DNA from: Anthoceros angustus
Lineage: Eukaryota > Plantae > Anthocerotophyta
Length of the DNA: 64,000 bases
Direction: 5' to 3'
NCBI GenBank assembly: GCA_010909165.1
Contig: VJWM01000063.1
Location: 1,674,001-1,738,000, forward strand
Part shown: positions 1 to 10,872 of the stretch, piece after piece
Layout of the letters: the number at the start of each line of letters is the position of its first letter
Position numbering within the stretch: position 1 is the first letter of the stretch
The notes under the pieces: model-generated
Told to the model about the DNA's origin: nothing
Seen by the model: the letters and a program-made list of their open reading frames with translations, nothing else
Database searches by the model: none
Made by a program: the position numbers and the translations under genes

Positions 1-859
1 GCCTAGCTTGAACTCTATGCGTACTGGCTCACGAGTCATTCCCATCACTCGTTCCTTGGTTCCTGCAGATGTGGTGATGTGCACTTCACATGGCTTAAGC
101 TTATCCCGTATAGGTGGAGCCTTACATGCCGTGCCGAGCAATACCGGATCCTTTTGTATCTACCAACACATATTCTGGAGCAAAACCGTTGACCGTTACC
201 TCCCGACCTTGATTCTTAACCATGGCAATGCCTCCTTTTCCCCGTGCCGCTGGCTTCAGGTGGTCCCCGCGTAGGCTGATACATCCAGACACCTCGTCGC
301 GTCCTGCAGATTCCTTTTGTATCCAGGCCTTCATAGCTTGCTTAAATGGTTGCGTTTTGACTCCCAGATCACGCAAACTCATCACGGGCACATCCATTAC
401 CTTCTCGAGCATAAGTTCAGCACTGGGTGATTTCTCTTCAGACGTCCGTCCCTCCTGGTCTTCTTCATACTGTCTAAAAGATTTGGGCATCTTGAGCTGA
501 TTCCTTTCTTCACCCTTCTTTCTTCGCACCGCTCCACCCAAGTCGACGCTAGCCCGTTCATCCTCAGGCGACTTCGTGGCCATTAGCGCATACACCTCTG
601 GATCCGAATCATAATCCTCAGTGATAGCAACCGAACTTCCCCCCGTGCTTACACTCATGGCTAACTTTTCTTGCAGCCTGTGCACCTCACTGAGAAGCGC
701 TTTCCGGGTGTACCCCTCTGTTGATTTTGCCTTGTCAGACATCCGTTCCACAGCCCCCTTTGGCTTGAATTCAGGATGAGCCTGCCAACATGCTGCTTCC
801 GTATGTCCGGTTTTGGCACACATTCGGCACTGCTCCTTCTCCTGCGTACTAGGAAGCAC
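1..859 (-). mobile_element. Ty3/gypsy-like gag-protease remnant
   Basis: ORF 122..859 has a CCHC knuckle (CRMCAKTGHTEAAC) and a degenerate protease site (YVLVDTKGSG). A shifted frame continues to the window edge (KLKPCEVHITTSAGTKERVMG). Ends abruptly at AT-rich DNA near 860. Confidence 0.6.
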
Positions 860-1194
860 TAGATAATTATTATTTTTTGAATTAATAGTTTTTAACTATA
901 TTTACATTATATTTACCGATATTTAGTGAATAAATAGTATAATGTACCTTAAATGCATGCAATGCACATTGGTTACGTTGTAACCAATGTGATGCGACTT
1001 GAAGTCAATGTCGCACGGATCTATGGTTAAGGGAAGACAGTGATTTGGGGAGGGGGGCAAGCAGCAATGATGGCAGGAATCGTTGCGCTGATTCCTACCA
1101 TTATTCACACTCACATGCATGCAAGCCATGGGTGGCTGCTGAATTTCAAATTTCATGCCTTCAATGTCTACGGACAGGTTGAAATGCTGACCTC

Positions 1195-2600
1195 ATGAGG
1201 GAGGAAGGTAGCTGGTAGCCGCGCAAGGGAGGCAAAAAAAACCTAAGAAAACATGGCATAACAAGAACAGGGAAATGGTGTGAGACGGAGGTGGGCAAGG
1301 ATTGTATGCAGCCGGCAAATACACCACAATCGGGAGGTGTCTACGGCGACGCTGGCGATAGGAGGCCATAGAAAGGTGGGGAGGATGAGGAGGGTAGCTT
1401 GACTGGGCTATCCTCCTCATCCACCTAGTCTGTGGTCGAGCCGTGAGGCTAGGGGAGTGCGAAGAGGCTATCGCCACGCTAATAGGGTGGGGCCATCGCA
1501 TGGCAGTCACAAGACAGGCAGAGGCAATGTGGATGACATCGTGGAGGATAGCGAGGGCGATGATGTAGCTGTTGTCCCAGCAACACCAGGAACCAGCAAG
1601 GTTCGGGCAGGAACGGGCGGTGGTCATGTTGCTTGAGGGAGGGACAAGGTGGATGTGTCGAGAGGGGCACAAACAAGGACAATGAAAACAGCTTGGGGAG
1701 TGCGGCATCACCAGCAAGTGATAGGTATGTGTTGTCTCTTGATAGCAGAGGGCCAGGTACATAGGCAGGGAATGGTAGTATCCATCAAGTGCAATGTAAT
1801 ATATGTGTGTAGGGAACATCAAGACAAGATGTGTCGCAAATGCAAGAAGATCGCTGGGCGAGCATGGGGTGAGGACATGTGAGCCTAATGTAGTTGAAGA
1901 AATGAGGGAGGAAGGTAGCTGGTAGCCGCGCAAGGGAGGCAAAAAACCTAAGAAAACATGGCATAACAAGAACAGGGAAATGGTGTGAGACGGAGGTGGG
2001 CAAGGATTGTATGCAGCCGGCAAATACACCACAATCGGGAGGTGTCTACGGCGAGGCTGGCGATAGGAGGCCATAGAAAGGTGGGGAGGATGAGGAGGGT
2101 AGCTTGACTGGGCTATCCTCCTCATCCACCTAGTCTGTGGTCGAGCCGTGAGGCTAGGGGAGTGCGAAGAGGCTATCGCCACGCTAATAGGGTGGGGCCA
2201 TCGCATGGCGTCACAAGGCAGGCGAGGCAATGTGGATGACATCGTGGAGGATAGGCGATGATGTAGTTGTCCCAGCAACACGTGAACCGCAAGGTTGGCG
2301 AGCAGGCGGTGGTCATGTTGCTTGAGGGAGGGACAAGGTGGATGTGTCGAGAGGGGCACAAACAAGGACAATGAAAACAGCTTGGGGAGTGCGGCATCAC
2401 CAGCAAGTGATAGGTATGTGTTGTCTCTTGATAGCAGAGGGCCAGGTACATAGGCAGGGAATGGTAGTATCCATCGAAGTGCGCAATGTAATATATGTGT
2501 GTAGGGAACATCAAGACAAGATGTGTCGCAAATGCAAGAAGATCGCCTGGGGCGAGCATGGGGTGAGGACATGTGAGCCTAATGTAGTTGAAGAAATGAG
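1195..2600. repeat. ~707 bp tandem duplication (2 copies)
   Basis: ATGAGGGAGGAAGGTAGCTGGTAGCCGCGCAAGG starts near 1195 and again near 1902. The copies are collinear with small indels. Confidence 0.85.
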
Positions 2601-2676
2601 GCTGGAGGATAAGAAAGGTGAGGTATATAGATGAGGTATCTATCCAGGGGATTCCATAAGAAGGTACTTGGTGGGC

Positions 2677-3279
2677 TGACGGCGTCACGGCATGGTGATG
2701 ATGAGGAGGAGAACAGGGAGGTCGAGGAAGAGGAACACCAGCGTTCCGAATCTACAGCTACTAATGAAGAGCTGCCTAGAGAGGAATCTTAGTGATCAGT
2801 GGTATGTAAGAATCCCAATGTTAACAGCTGCCTATTTGAGGTCAGGCTGTGGGATATATAAGGGCTTGAGCAAGAGCTTTGAGGAACATGAGATGCAATC
2901 ACTCATTGAGAGAGCAGGCAAGTGTGTGTTGCAAGCCTTGTGTTGAGAGAGTTGTGAAGAGCTTAGCTAGTGAGCTTGTCGTGGAGTCAAGAGCAGAAGC
3001 CAGTTGGGCGTAGATAGCCAAATTCCATAGTTGTATTCTATCAATAAAGAGCAGCACCTCGAGGAGGTGGCCTACGAGTCGTCAATGGACGGCGGTCTAC
3101 TTGGAGCCTAGTGCTGTGTTGCGAGGTTGAGAGCGCTGAGAATTGTGCAAGTCTCTTGTGGAGTGAATTGGCGAGGTCCAACAACCTCGGAACTCTTTCT
3201 TTGGCTCTCCGGATAGCTTTTTCTTGGCTTCAGGAGTTGCGTCGCTCTCTCGTGGAGTGAATTGGCGAGGTCCTAGACA
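2677..3279 (+). mobile_element. possible solo LTR
   Basis: TG...CA boundaries, TATA-like GATATATAAG near 2853, and a 22-bp internal duplication GTGGAGTGAATTGGCGAGGTCC at 3158 and 3252. No partner LTR in the window. Confidence 0.25.
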
Positions 3280-3728
3280 GCTGGGAAGCCAGCACTTGTC
3301 GCTTCCTTACTGGCTGCGCAGTGAGGGGTCAAAATAATATTGTTTGTTTCCATGGCATGTGAAACACTCTCAATTTATTTTTTCCTTTGATTATTATATC
3401 TGTAGAATATGAAAAGAGGAGAAGAAGGATGATATTGAAGTTAATCGTTTAATCTGGGTTTCTTTCTATCTGGAATTCTTGCGCGCGAAACCACCTTATT
3501 GAATTGTAAATCGTAATCTGGAAAACAAAGCTGATCAAAATAATGCGACAGCATAAGATTACAACCTAATGCGGGTTATGGAGACCACGCTCAAAGTGTG
3601 CAAACATTTGTTGGAAGAGGTGGATGACTCCTGCGCTGCTGCGAGGACTCTACTCGAGGCGCCGCATCCCATGCCGGTTTCTGGTAAAAGGAAGGGTTCG
3701 CTTTCTGCATTCGAGTCTTTCATACCGG

Positions 3729-3908
3729 ATGCTCTGCGTCGGCATGGAGACATACGAGAAGAGGGGTTTGGTGATCGGACTGGTCGGGGTCCTGGTGACG
3801 TTCAAGTCGTATGATCAGACGTATGTGAGCCCGACCACCGCCCTCCTTATAGGGCTCCTTTTGCTGGCGCTGGGCCTCGTCGTCAAAGAAGGATACACGC
3901 CGCTGTGA
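3729..3908 (+). CDS. small two-transmembrane protein (59 aa), function unknown
   Basis: ATG-initiated MLCVGMETYEKRGLVIGLVGVLVTFKSYDQTYVSPTTALLIGLLLLALGLVVKEGYTPL has two hydrophobic segments. It resembles small conserved plant membrane proteins from memory (unverified). Confidence 0.55.
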   Translation: MLCVGMETYEKRGLVIGLVGVLVTFKSYDQTYVSPTTALLIGLLLLALGLVVKEGYTPL

Positions 3909-4120
3909 CATTGTCTGCTGTATTCGAGTAGGCATTCGAGCAAAGACGAAGCCTGACAACATCCGGCGTGATCAGCAGATTTGGATTTCAGCATGTTTTG
4001 GTTTGGAGATCGCAGGATGACAGCTTGAAAGGATCACGACGGCTGAACAATTAACGATGTCATAGTGTAGACGACTTTGGAGTTCAAGAGTGTACTTTAC
4101 TTGATTGGCAGCTAGCAGAT

Positions 4121-5383
4121 CTATGTAGCAACAAACTCGCTTACTGGCTTGCCCCTCCATACAGCTAGGACCTCATCGGTCCGAAATCTCTGAGTGCAAG
4201 TTGTTTCTTCCATTGGAGTAGTGATTCCATGTTCATACGCCAAAAGGCCTGTGTATGCGATCATGGCTCCATTATCCACGCAATAGCGATCGTCAGTTGC
4301 GAACAGCCTACCCCCTCGCTCATCACACATGACCTGCATCATCTGTTGCAGCCGCATGTTGCATCCAACTCCACCTACTATCAGAACGTCTTGTTTATCG
4401 GTGTGAGCCATTGCCCTCTCGGTGATCTCCACGAGCATTGCGAACACCGTCTCCTGAGCACAAGCAGCACAAGAAAGCTCTGTAAGCCCGTGGGCTAGGT
4501 GGGTATCAAGGCAGTTACTACCACCACGTAATTGAGAACAAAGCATGTTAACCAGAAAGTGAGCCAGAAAGCACCTGCAACGAGAAACAAAGGTCTGCAG
4601 GAGAGCACTCCTTGGCAGCTAGTTTTTCAATGGCAGCAGCTTCGATGAAGCTCAGGATGCCACTAAAGGAAACATCCATGCCTTTCACCACGTACGGCAG
4701 CTCAATGAACTCCTTCCCTTGTTTGGCTAGCTGTGCCACTTACGACAAACATGACATTCTTGAAGTGAGCAGACGAATCAAAGCACAACCAAAGACCGAA
4801 ACATCAACACAAAATCGAAACAGACCGATCGAGTTACCTGTTCGATATTGTAGCCAGGGTTAGGGTCGTTTGAAATTTTCAGCACCCTGGCAAACCGGTC
4901 CAAACAGTTGCCCACAGCGAGGTCGATAGTTTCACCAAAAATCCTATACCGACCCTCACTATAGGCAATCACCTGCGTATTTCCCCCACTGACGTACAGA
5001 ACTACAGGATCAACGGCCCCCGTCACAACCCTCCCCATCTCTATGTGTGCCACGCAGTGGTTCACAGCTACAATCGGCTTTTTCCACAGCTGCGACAAGA
5101 CCCTAACCACGACAGCGGACACCTGCAACGGGGCCCCCATCCCAGGCCCCTTGGTGTAGCAAAGACAGTCAATGTCACTCCCTTCTAACCCGGCCTCCTT
5201 CAAGGCAGCCCGCACCAGTGGCAGGACATGCTGCTGGTGATGCACGGCAGTCTCCCGTGGGAGAAAGCCATGGCCGGGAGGAGTGATGTAGGTGTGCCGC
5301 GGGTTAGCAAGAATTGTGCCATCAGACTTCACAATTCCAATGCCAATCTTGTTAGCAGAACCTTCGAACCCTAACGCAATCAT
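4121..5383 (-). CDS. KAE1: tRNA N6-threonylcarbamoyltransferase catalytic subunit (KEOPS Kae1/OSGEP), 3 exons: 5383-4838, 4730-4575, 4453-4121
   Basis: Motifs [38 protein letters not shown] and DNGAMIA. GT-AG introns join the three ORF-track pieces in frame. Confidence 0.97.
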
Positions 5384-5632
5384 GGCCAGCAAGAAAGCTC
5401 CAGCTCCCCGCCACTGCAACAAGACTCCTACAAACTACACACCTCGCCTCATAAAGAACTCTGCTATCCTAGTCCCCGACCCTCCCCTCAACTCCAGCCA
5501 ATTCAAAAGCATCCACGAACTCAACCAGACCAAAACACGCCTCCCAAACATCCCCGTCTCCAAAAAATGCATCAAGAAACTAAAATCCAGCACACTCTAC
5601 CGCGCCTCATCAAACTGCACTCCACAACAGCA

Positions 5633-5830
5633 TCAATTCCGAGCCAAAGCCGCAGCCTCCCGGCGGAGCTCCTTGACCATGGCAGACAGAGCCTCAGGAT
5701 TGACTCCGTGTTCACACAGCGCCACCAGAATAGCGAGGGTCTGCCTGTCGAGACCAGTGTTCAGCAGGTTGGACATGGCCACCACCACGTCCAGCGCCTC
5801 CCTCGCCTGCTGCAGTCCCACACTGTCCAT
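5633..5830 (-). CDS. MZT1: mitotic-spindle organizing protein 1 (MOZART1/GIP1), 65 aa
   Basis: AREALDVVVAMSNLLNTGLDRQTLAILVALCEHGVNPEALSAMVKELRRE is the MOZART1 signature. Single coding exon, with a probable 5'UTR intron at 5871-5997. Confidence 0.95.
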   Translation of the reverse strand: MDSVGLQQAREALDVVVAMSNLLNTGLDRQTLAILVALCEHGVNPEALSAMVKELRREAAALARN

Positions 5831-6004
5831 GACTAGTTTGGCAGGGCGCTCACAAGCTGGCGCGAGCTACCTGTAAATTAACGCCTGTCTAACTAACACA
5901 TTCAGATTCGTCGTTATCTTTCCCTCAATTCTTCCCTTTTCGACCCAAGCCAAATCCCGCCTCCCGCAGTCCCTCTCCACTGGCGTGTAGTCGTCACCTG
6001 AAGG

Positions 6005-6193
6005 TTTATCCATATAAAAGTCACAATTGGCAGTTTGATCCACAAAAGATTTAGAGTATCAGCATGTCTAGGAGTCTTACTTGTCGATCTTTGGAAGTTT
6101 TATCCATAAAACTCACATTTGGAAGTATTACCCACAAAAGATCCAGAGTATCAAGATGTCTAGGAGTCCTATTCGTCATTTTTGGAAGTCTCA
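6005..6193. repeat. ~94 bp diverged tandem duplication between MZT1 and SWEET
   Basis: TTTATCCATA...CACAAAAGAT..AGAGTATCA..ATGTCTAGGAGTC..A...TTTGGAAGT occurs at 6005 and 6099. Confidence 0.7.
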
Positions 6194-6405
6194 TCCCTAA
6201 CGAGATTTACAGGATCACCATCTTACAGAACTTCTAGCTGTGAAGACACACACTAATTTGGTCCGTCCCAAGGGAGTATATCAAGCTGCTTCCTCTGGCT
6301 CCCTAAGCCATTGTCCCCCTTGAGGCATTGTCTCTTGAACGTCTTCTAGCTTGTTGGTGTTGGCGTACTTAGCCTGGTTCATTTCCCTCACGGGAGGTGG
6401 ACAAC

Positions 6406-7733
6406 ATGACTGCTTCGCATCAACATGCTCACCTTGCTCGCCTTGTGTTCGGCATCGTTGGTATTTATTGTTTTCTGATTTTCATATAAAGTTTTGATTC
6501 ATGTTTTGAATAATTTAGAAATGATTTAATGGTCATAAATTTTAATTATTATTACATTAATTTTGATGTATTTGTGACAGGAAATATAACATCCTTGAGC
6601 ATTTTCTTATCACCTATGTAAGTTTTATTAATCATGTAATTAAATCTATTTTATGTACTTTACATTGTTTTTATTAATTTATTTGTTATTTATCTATGAA
6701 TTTATATGGCTTGCTTACGAGATTGCATCACTTATTAATTTCTTGTTGTCCGAATGCAGCCAGATGTTTTATTTGATGTACAAGAGCGCCACCACTTTAG
6801 AATACTCTCCTGTGCCGTATCTTTGTACCCTTCTCAATTGTGTGTTTTGGGTCTTCTATGGCACAAAGAAAGTTCAGTCGGATGGTACGCTAGTGTACAC
6901 GGTTAATGGAGTGGGAGCTATCATGCAACTCATCTATATTGCTGTCTTTTTCTATTATGCCAAACGCAAAATTCGGGTTCGTATTTTGAATCTTGGGTTT
7001 GTTGGAAAGCTTAATCTCATGGTGTTAGACAGATTATGGTTGTCCAAGTTTTTGATGTAGTTGCATTGTGTGCAGTTGCAAATTGTCGGGTTGTTTATAG
7101 TCGTGGTAGTAATTGCAATGGCGGTTATTCTACCTGTGTTGCTCGTTGAACATAAGCCCCATGATAGAAAACTCATCATGGGCCTTGTATGTGTTATCTT
7201 TTGTTCTTTGATGTATGCTTCACCTCTAAGTGTGCTGGTACGTGTACTTCTCCTTGAGCTTTTTTAATGCATTTTGTAGGTAAATTCAAAAAGATTAGAA
7301 GAGGTAACTTAGTGCCTAATTGTGTGATGCAGAGGAAGGTTATTCGTACCAAGAGCGCGAAATCTTTGCCTCTTTATTTATCAATGACATTGGTTGCAAA
7401 TGGTTTGGTTTGGAGTCTATATGCAGTCATGCCTGGATATTTCGATCCTTATATTTTGGTACGCGTTGATTTTAATTTTATGAATTTAATTATATTCAGC
7501 TTAAATAGGCCTAAATTTTTAATGTTGTTTTTTTTTGGGAATAACAGATTCCGAACGGAGCAGGTTTCTTTTTGGGGGTTATTCAAGTGATCCTGTTTCA
7601 TGTGTATAATAAGGAACCTGCAAAAGCTGTACCACCCACGATTCAGTCTTTGAGAAAAGCACATGAAGCTGTTGATATCAAAGATGAAGCTGATCATCAG
7701 CATGCTCGTGGAGAAATCAAATTTCAGCTTTAG
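6406..7733 (+). CDS. SWEET: SWEET (MtN3/saliva) sugar transporter, 260 aa, 6 exons: 6406-6460, 6581-6617, 6760-6976, 7076-7237, 7333-7458, 7548-7733
   Basis: Spliced protein contains GNITSLSIFLSP, PYLCTLLNCVFWVFYG, TVNGVG, MYASPL, NGLVWSLYA and IPNGAGFFLGVIQ. The six-exon layout is typical, all introns are GT-AG, and the frame is intact. Confidence 0.93.
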
Positions 7734-8061
7734 CTTTAGTACCAATAAAAACTATGAATGTTGTTTGATTTGTGGAAAAAATCTACACAAATCAAATTTT
7801 CACGTGATTGGGAGTGTTGTTTTGGGAGTTTATCTAGAGAGACCCCGTGAAAGATAACAACACTATTTCTGTATCCATTCGGAATTTTGACAGATTATTT
7901 TGTTTTTTCTATTCAGTTGGTTTAATTATATTTAATATATAATTAAATAATCATGATGTATATTCAAATTCAGAAGATAAATATTTTAAAATATTTTATT
8001 TTGATTGACTGAATTCAGATTAAAAATTATTTATTATAAAAGATTAAAAATTCTAATATAT

Positions 8062-8632
8062 TTAAGGAGGGCAGTAAGGATCCCAACACTGACCTCGATC
8101 GAAAATAGCTGTGCAGTTGCGATAATTTTCTGTATGAAATAATCAATCCTCTTGTTAGATGTTGAGTGTTTGGAATAGCAGATTTGACCACAAGGCACAA
8201 ATGAATGTTTAAACTCACCCCAAGTAACAACGCTAAGAGATGATGGGTCATACATCAGGTTGCCAAGCGACACAGTGCTCTTCAACCAGCAAGCGAATGT
8301 GGGCGGATCAGTTTGTAGATCTTGCCACTGAAAGAGTAAGCACCCAGGGGTCTGGAAACAAGCTAAGGCGCAGCGGGAAGGGTTGCGCAATCCAAGTATA
8401 TGCTGAAGTATTTTCTCACGACCAAAATCTGAGAACGGGTACACGGTGCACCACCACCGCTCCCACTGACCTGGACACACACCCACAGAGTTTTCTAGGG
8501 CACAATGGTTTGCAAGCTCAGCCACACCGATCTTGGTAATCAAAGGAAACAGTACCAAGCCAGGTATTTCTAACCTGAAGCCATTGCAACCACTAGAGCA
8601 AGCAGGCATAGCAGCAGCAGTCGTCTCGCCAT
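8062..8632 (-). CDS. secreted cysteine-rich PAN/apple-like domain protein, 133 aa, 3 exons: 8632-8575, 8494-8219, 8129-8062
   Basis: Exon 1 is a signal peptide (MARRLLLLCLLALVVAMAS). Exon 2 contains NPSRCALACFQTPGCLLFQW...FACWLKS, the PAN-type CxxxCxxxxxC...CWLK pattern. Both introns are phase-1 GT-AG and the frame closes at TAA 8062. Confidence 0.8.
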
Positions 8633-8718
8633 TGACATGTTTCAGTGGCCACATGAAATTGAGCACTGAAGATGCTCCTTAAGTACCAACATCAGTCCTC
8701 TGTAAACCATTATAATAC

Positions 8719-8726
8719 TATTTATA
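8719..8726 (-). promoter_or_regulatory. TATA box of the PAN-domain gene
   Basis: TATAAATA on the minus strand ~90 nt upstream of ATG 8632. Confidence 0.5.
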
Positions 8727-9460
8727 CACTTCCCGGAGTGTGAAAAGTACCAGTGTGAAAAGATTCCCTTGGAGCATAAAACGCATCTAGGGTCCACAAC
8801 ACGAAGTTCCTGGGAACCTCAACTCTGGTGAAAAAGCGTTTGTAATTTTAGAATGCCGAGAGGTAGGTCTGTGAGATGTGGCAGCCACATCTGACCTGGA
8901 GTGATATTACAAGCCCGACAAATAAAGCAGGGAGAAATGCGCACCTCGATCAAACGCTGTGAAGATCCACAACAAATTCGGTGACAAGCAAGTACAACTG
9001 GTGACGTGCATTTCGACTACAGCAGAATCCAAACACCTATGTACATCAATCTGAAGCAGGGGGTGCCCACGCAGTAACGCAACATTTTCCTACATGTCGG
9101 AGCAGAAGATTAGTTTGCTAACTCCTCCTTGGTGCCTAGGAGCTCCCCGGACATGTGGCCACCCATCCCGATCAAGATGTACAGACCAGGCTTGATGGAA
9201 GGCATCCAAATCCAAACGTACACGTGCCAGAAAACTCTCGCAGCATTTCTCCCTGGCTTCACAAACAAAAGCCCCACGCCATGAGACGGCAACATTCCAA
9301 ACAACTCACATACAAAAAACCAACGGCCATATCGCTCGACTTCCAGCCGTGCAGATGCTAGCCTCCCCGATCCCTGGCACCCACAAGATGTAAAGCCTTA
9401 CCAAGGCAGCCCCGACAACCGGCTTCGGAGAATGCCAGGTGTTCCACACTCAGGATCCAC

Positions 9461-9840
9461 TCATCCTTTCTGCTTCAGCTGCGCACAGAATCATGCTCAG
9501 ATCATCGCCACAAAACAGCAGCCATCGCCTGCGAAGGACCCAACTCGAACTGAAACCCTAATCCCGAAACCTACCGCGGTTCGCATGCATGCCTTCAGAG
9601 CCAGGAATTCCTTCTCGCACACCCCTTTCTCCACCTTGGGAGTCACACGAGCCACGCACTGCCCGTACTCCTTCATCTGCTTTGCCCATGGCAGTTTTGA
9701 ATCAAGTGTTATCATCCAATTCAAACAGGAGAATGTCACTTCAAGCAATCTTCCTTGTGCTCACTCACACTGGAGGCACATTGCAGCAGAACTTTCTTCA
9801 GCGGGGATGGCCTTGGCATCCGTCCGCCTTCGCCGGCCAT
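9461..9840 (-). CDS. twin-Cx9C (CHCH-like) mitochondrial IMS protein, NDUFAF8-like, 63 aa, 3 exons: 9840-9769, 9676-9575, 9478-9461
   Basis: Spliced MAGEGGRMPRPSPLKKVLLQCASSMKEYGQCVARVTPKVEKGVCEKEFLALKACMRTALKQKG has two Cx9C motifs. Introns are phase-0 GT-AG. Confidence 0.85.
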
Positions 9841-10324
9841 GCCAGCTCGGGGCTCAGTCGTGAAATTCCTAGGGCTGACTTGCGACCACGACAATCGAGA
9901 CGTCTCACGAGGAACTCGTTCCGTCAGTCTCGTTTCACTTCTGCAGCTGTGACCTCGGGGGGCGAACTCGCGGAAATCGTAGTACACTAGTGGCTGTGTC
10001 CCGCGGTTTGCTATGTTGATCTCTGCGCGGAAGGGCTCGTGGTGGATGCATTGCACACCAGTCGAGTATACCGTATGTATGAGGACATCATGTGCCGCAT
10101 ACACGGCCGTATGTGCCACAGCATTAATCTCTTCGGAGAACGAGACGCAGGCCTTCCTAAAAGTGCGAAGGCGAAAGTTTGATTGACCTAAGGCCATGCT
10201 GCTTTAGCAAGGGGAACGTTTCTGACCTAAAGAGCACACTGTTCTTGTGAGCTTCACCAAGGTGAGGCTATCGAGCTGTGCGCGTAGAAGCATCTCTTCC
10301 AGCCTCGGCGCCGGGCCGGTGAAG

Positions 10325-10872
10325 ATGGCGGACAGGCGGCCTGTCGATCCGGCCGATTTCGAAGCTCTCCCGGAGGAAGACAAGGTCCGGATGTCCAACA
10401 TGATAGAGCACTTGCAAGTCCGGGACAGGTTCCTGCTTCGCCCCTTCCTGCTGCCTGTTGGTCAGGGAATGAGGTCTTTGATGTCTGCTTGTTTGTGTGT
10501 TGGAGGATTTGATTCAAGGATTTCAGGTTGTGATCAGGAATTGGAATTGTCTTCTTGCCCTGTTGGAGCTGGTGTTGTCAGGGTTGGGGCTGGTAGAGCA
10601 CAGCCTGTTTGGATTAGTTTGGATTAGCACGGACTACATGTTCTACTTACGGGATTGGTGACAGAGCTTTCTGGCTAGCTTGCAGTTTGAAGATGTATAA
10701 TTCCTTGGTAGAAAGGTGCTTCAGTAATTGTGTGGACAATTTTCGGCGAAAGACCTTGGACAAGCAGGAGGAAACTTGTGTACAACGGTGTGCTGAGAAG
10801 TATCTGAAACACTCCATGCGAGTGAGCATGAGATTTGCAGAATTGAATCAAGGAAGCGCAACTGCTGACTAA
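10325..10872 (+). CDS. TIM9: mitochondrial small Tim chaperone Tim9, 96 aa, 2 exons: 10325-10428, 10686-10872
   Basis: LPEEDKVRMSNMIEHLQVRDSLKMYNSLVERCFSNC...EETCVQRCAEKYLKHSMRVSMRFAELNQ, with twin Cx3C motifs. Confidence 0.95.

Noticed and set aside
857-861. CACTA pentamer at the gag/AT-rich junction
   Set aside because: No matching terminus or subterminal repeats found; expected by chance.
1193-2572. 459-aa minus-strand ORF
   Set aside because: Spans the 707-bp tandem duplication, repeats itself, and has no recognisable domain.
8034-8666. 210-aa single-exon ORF from the track
   Set aside because: Non-ATG start and reads through two introns. The spliced 133-aa model explains it better.
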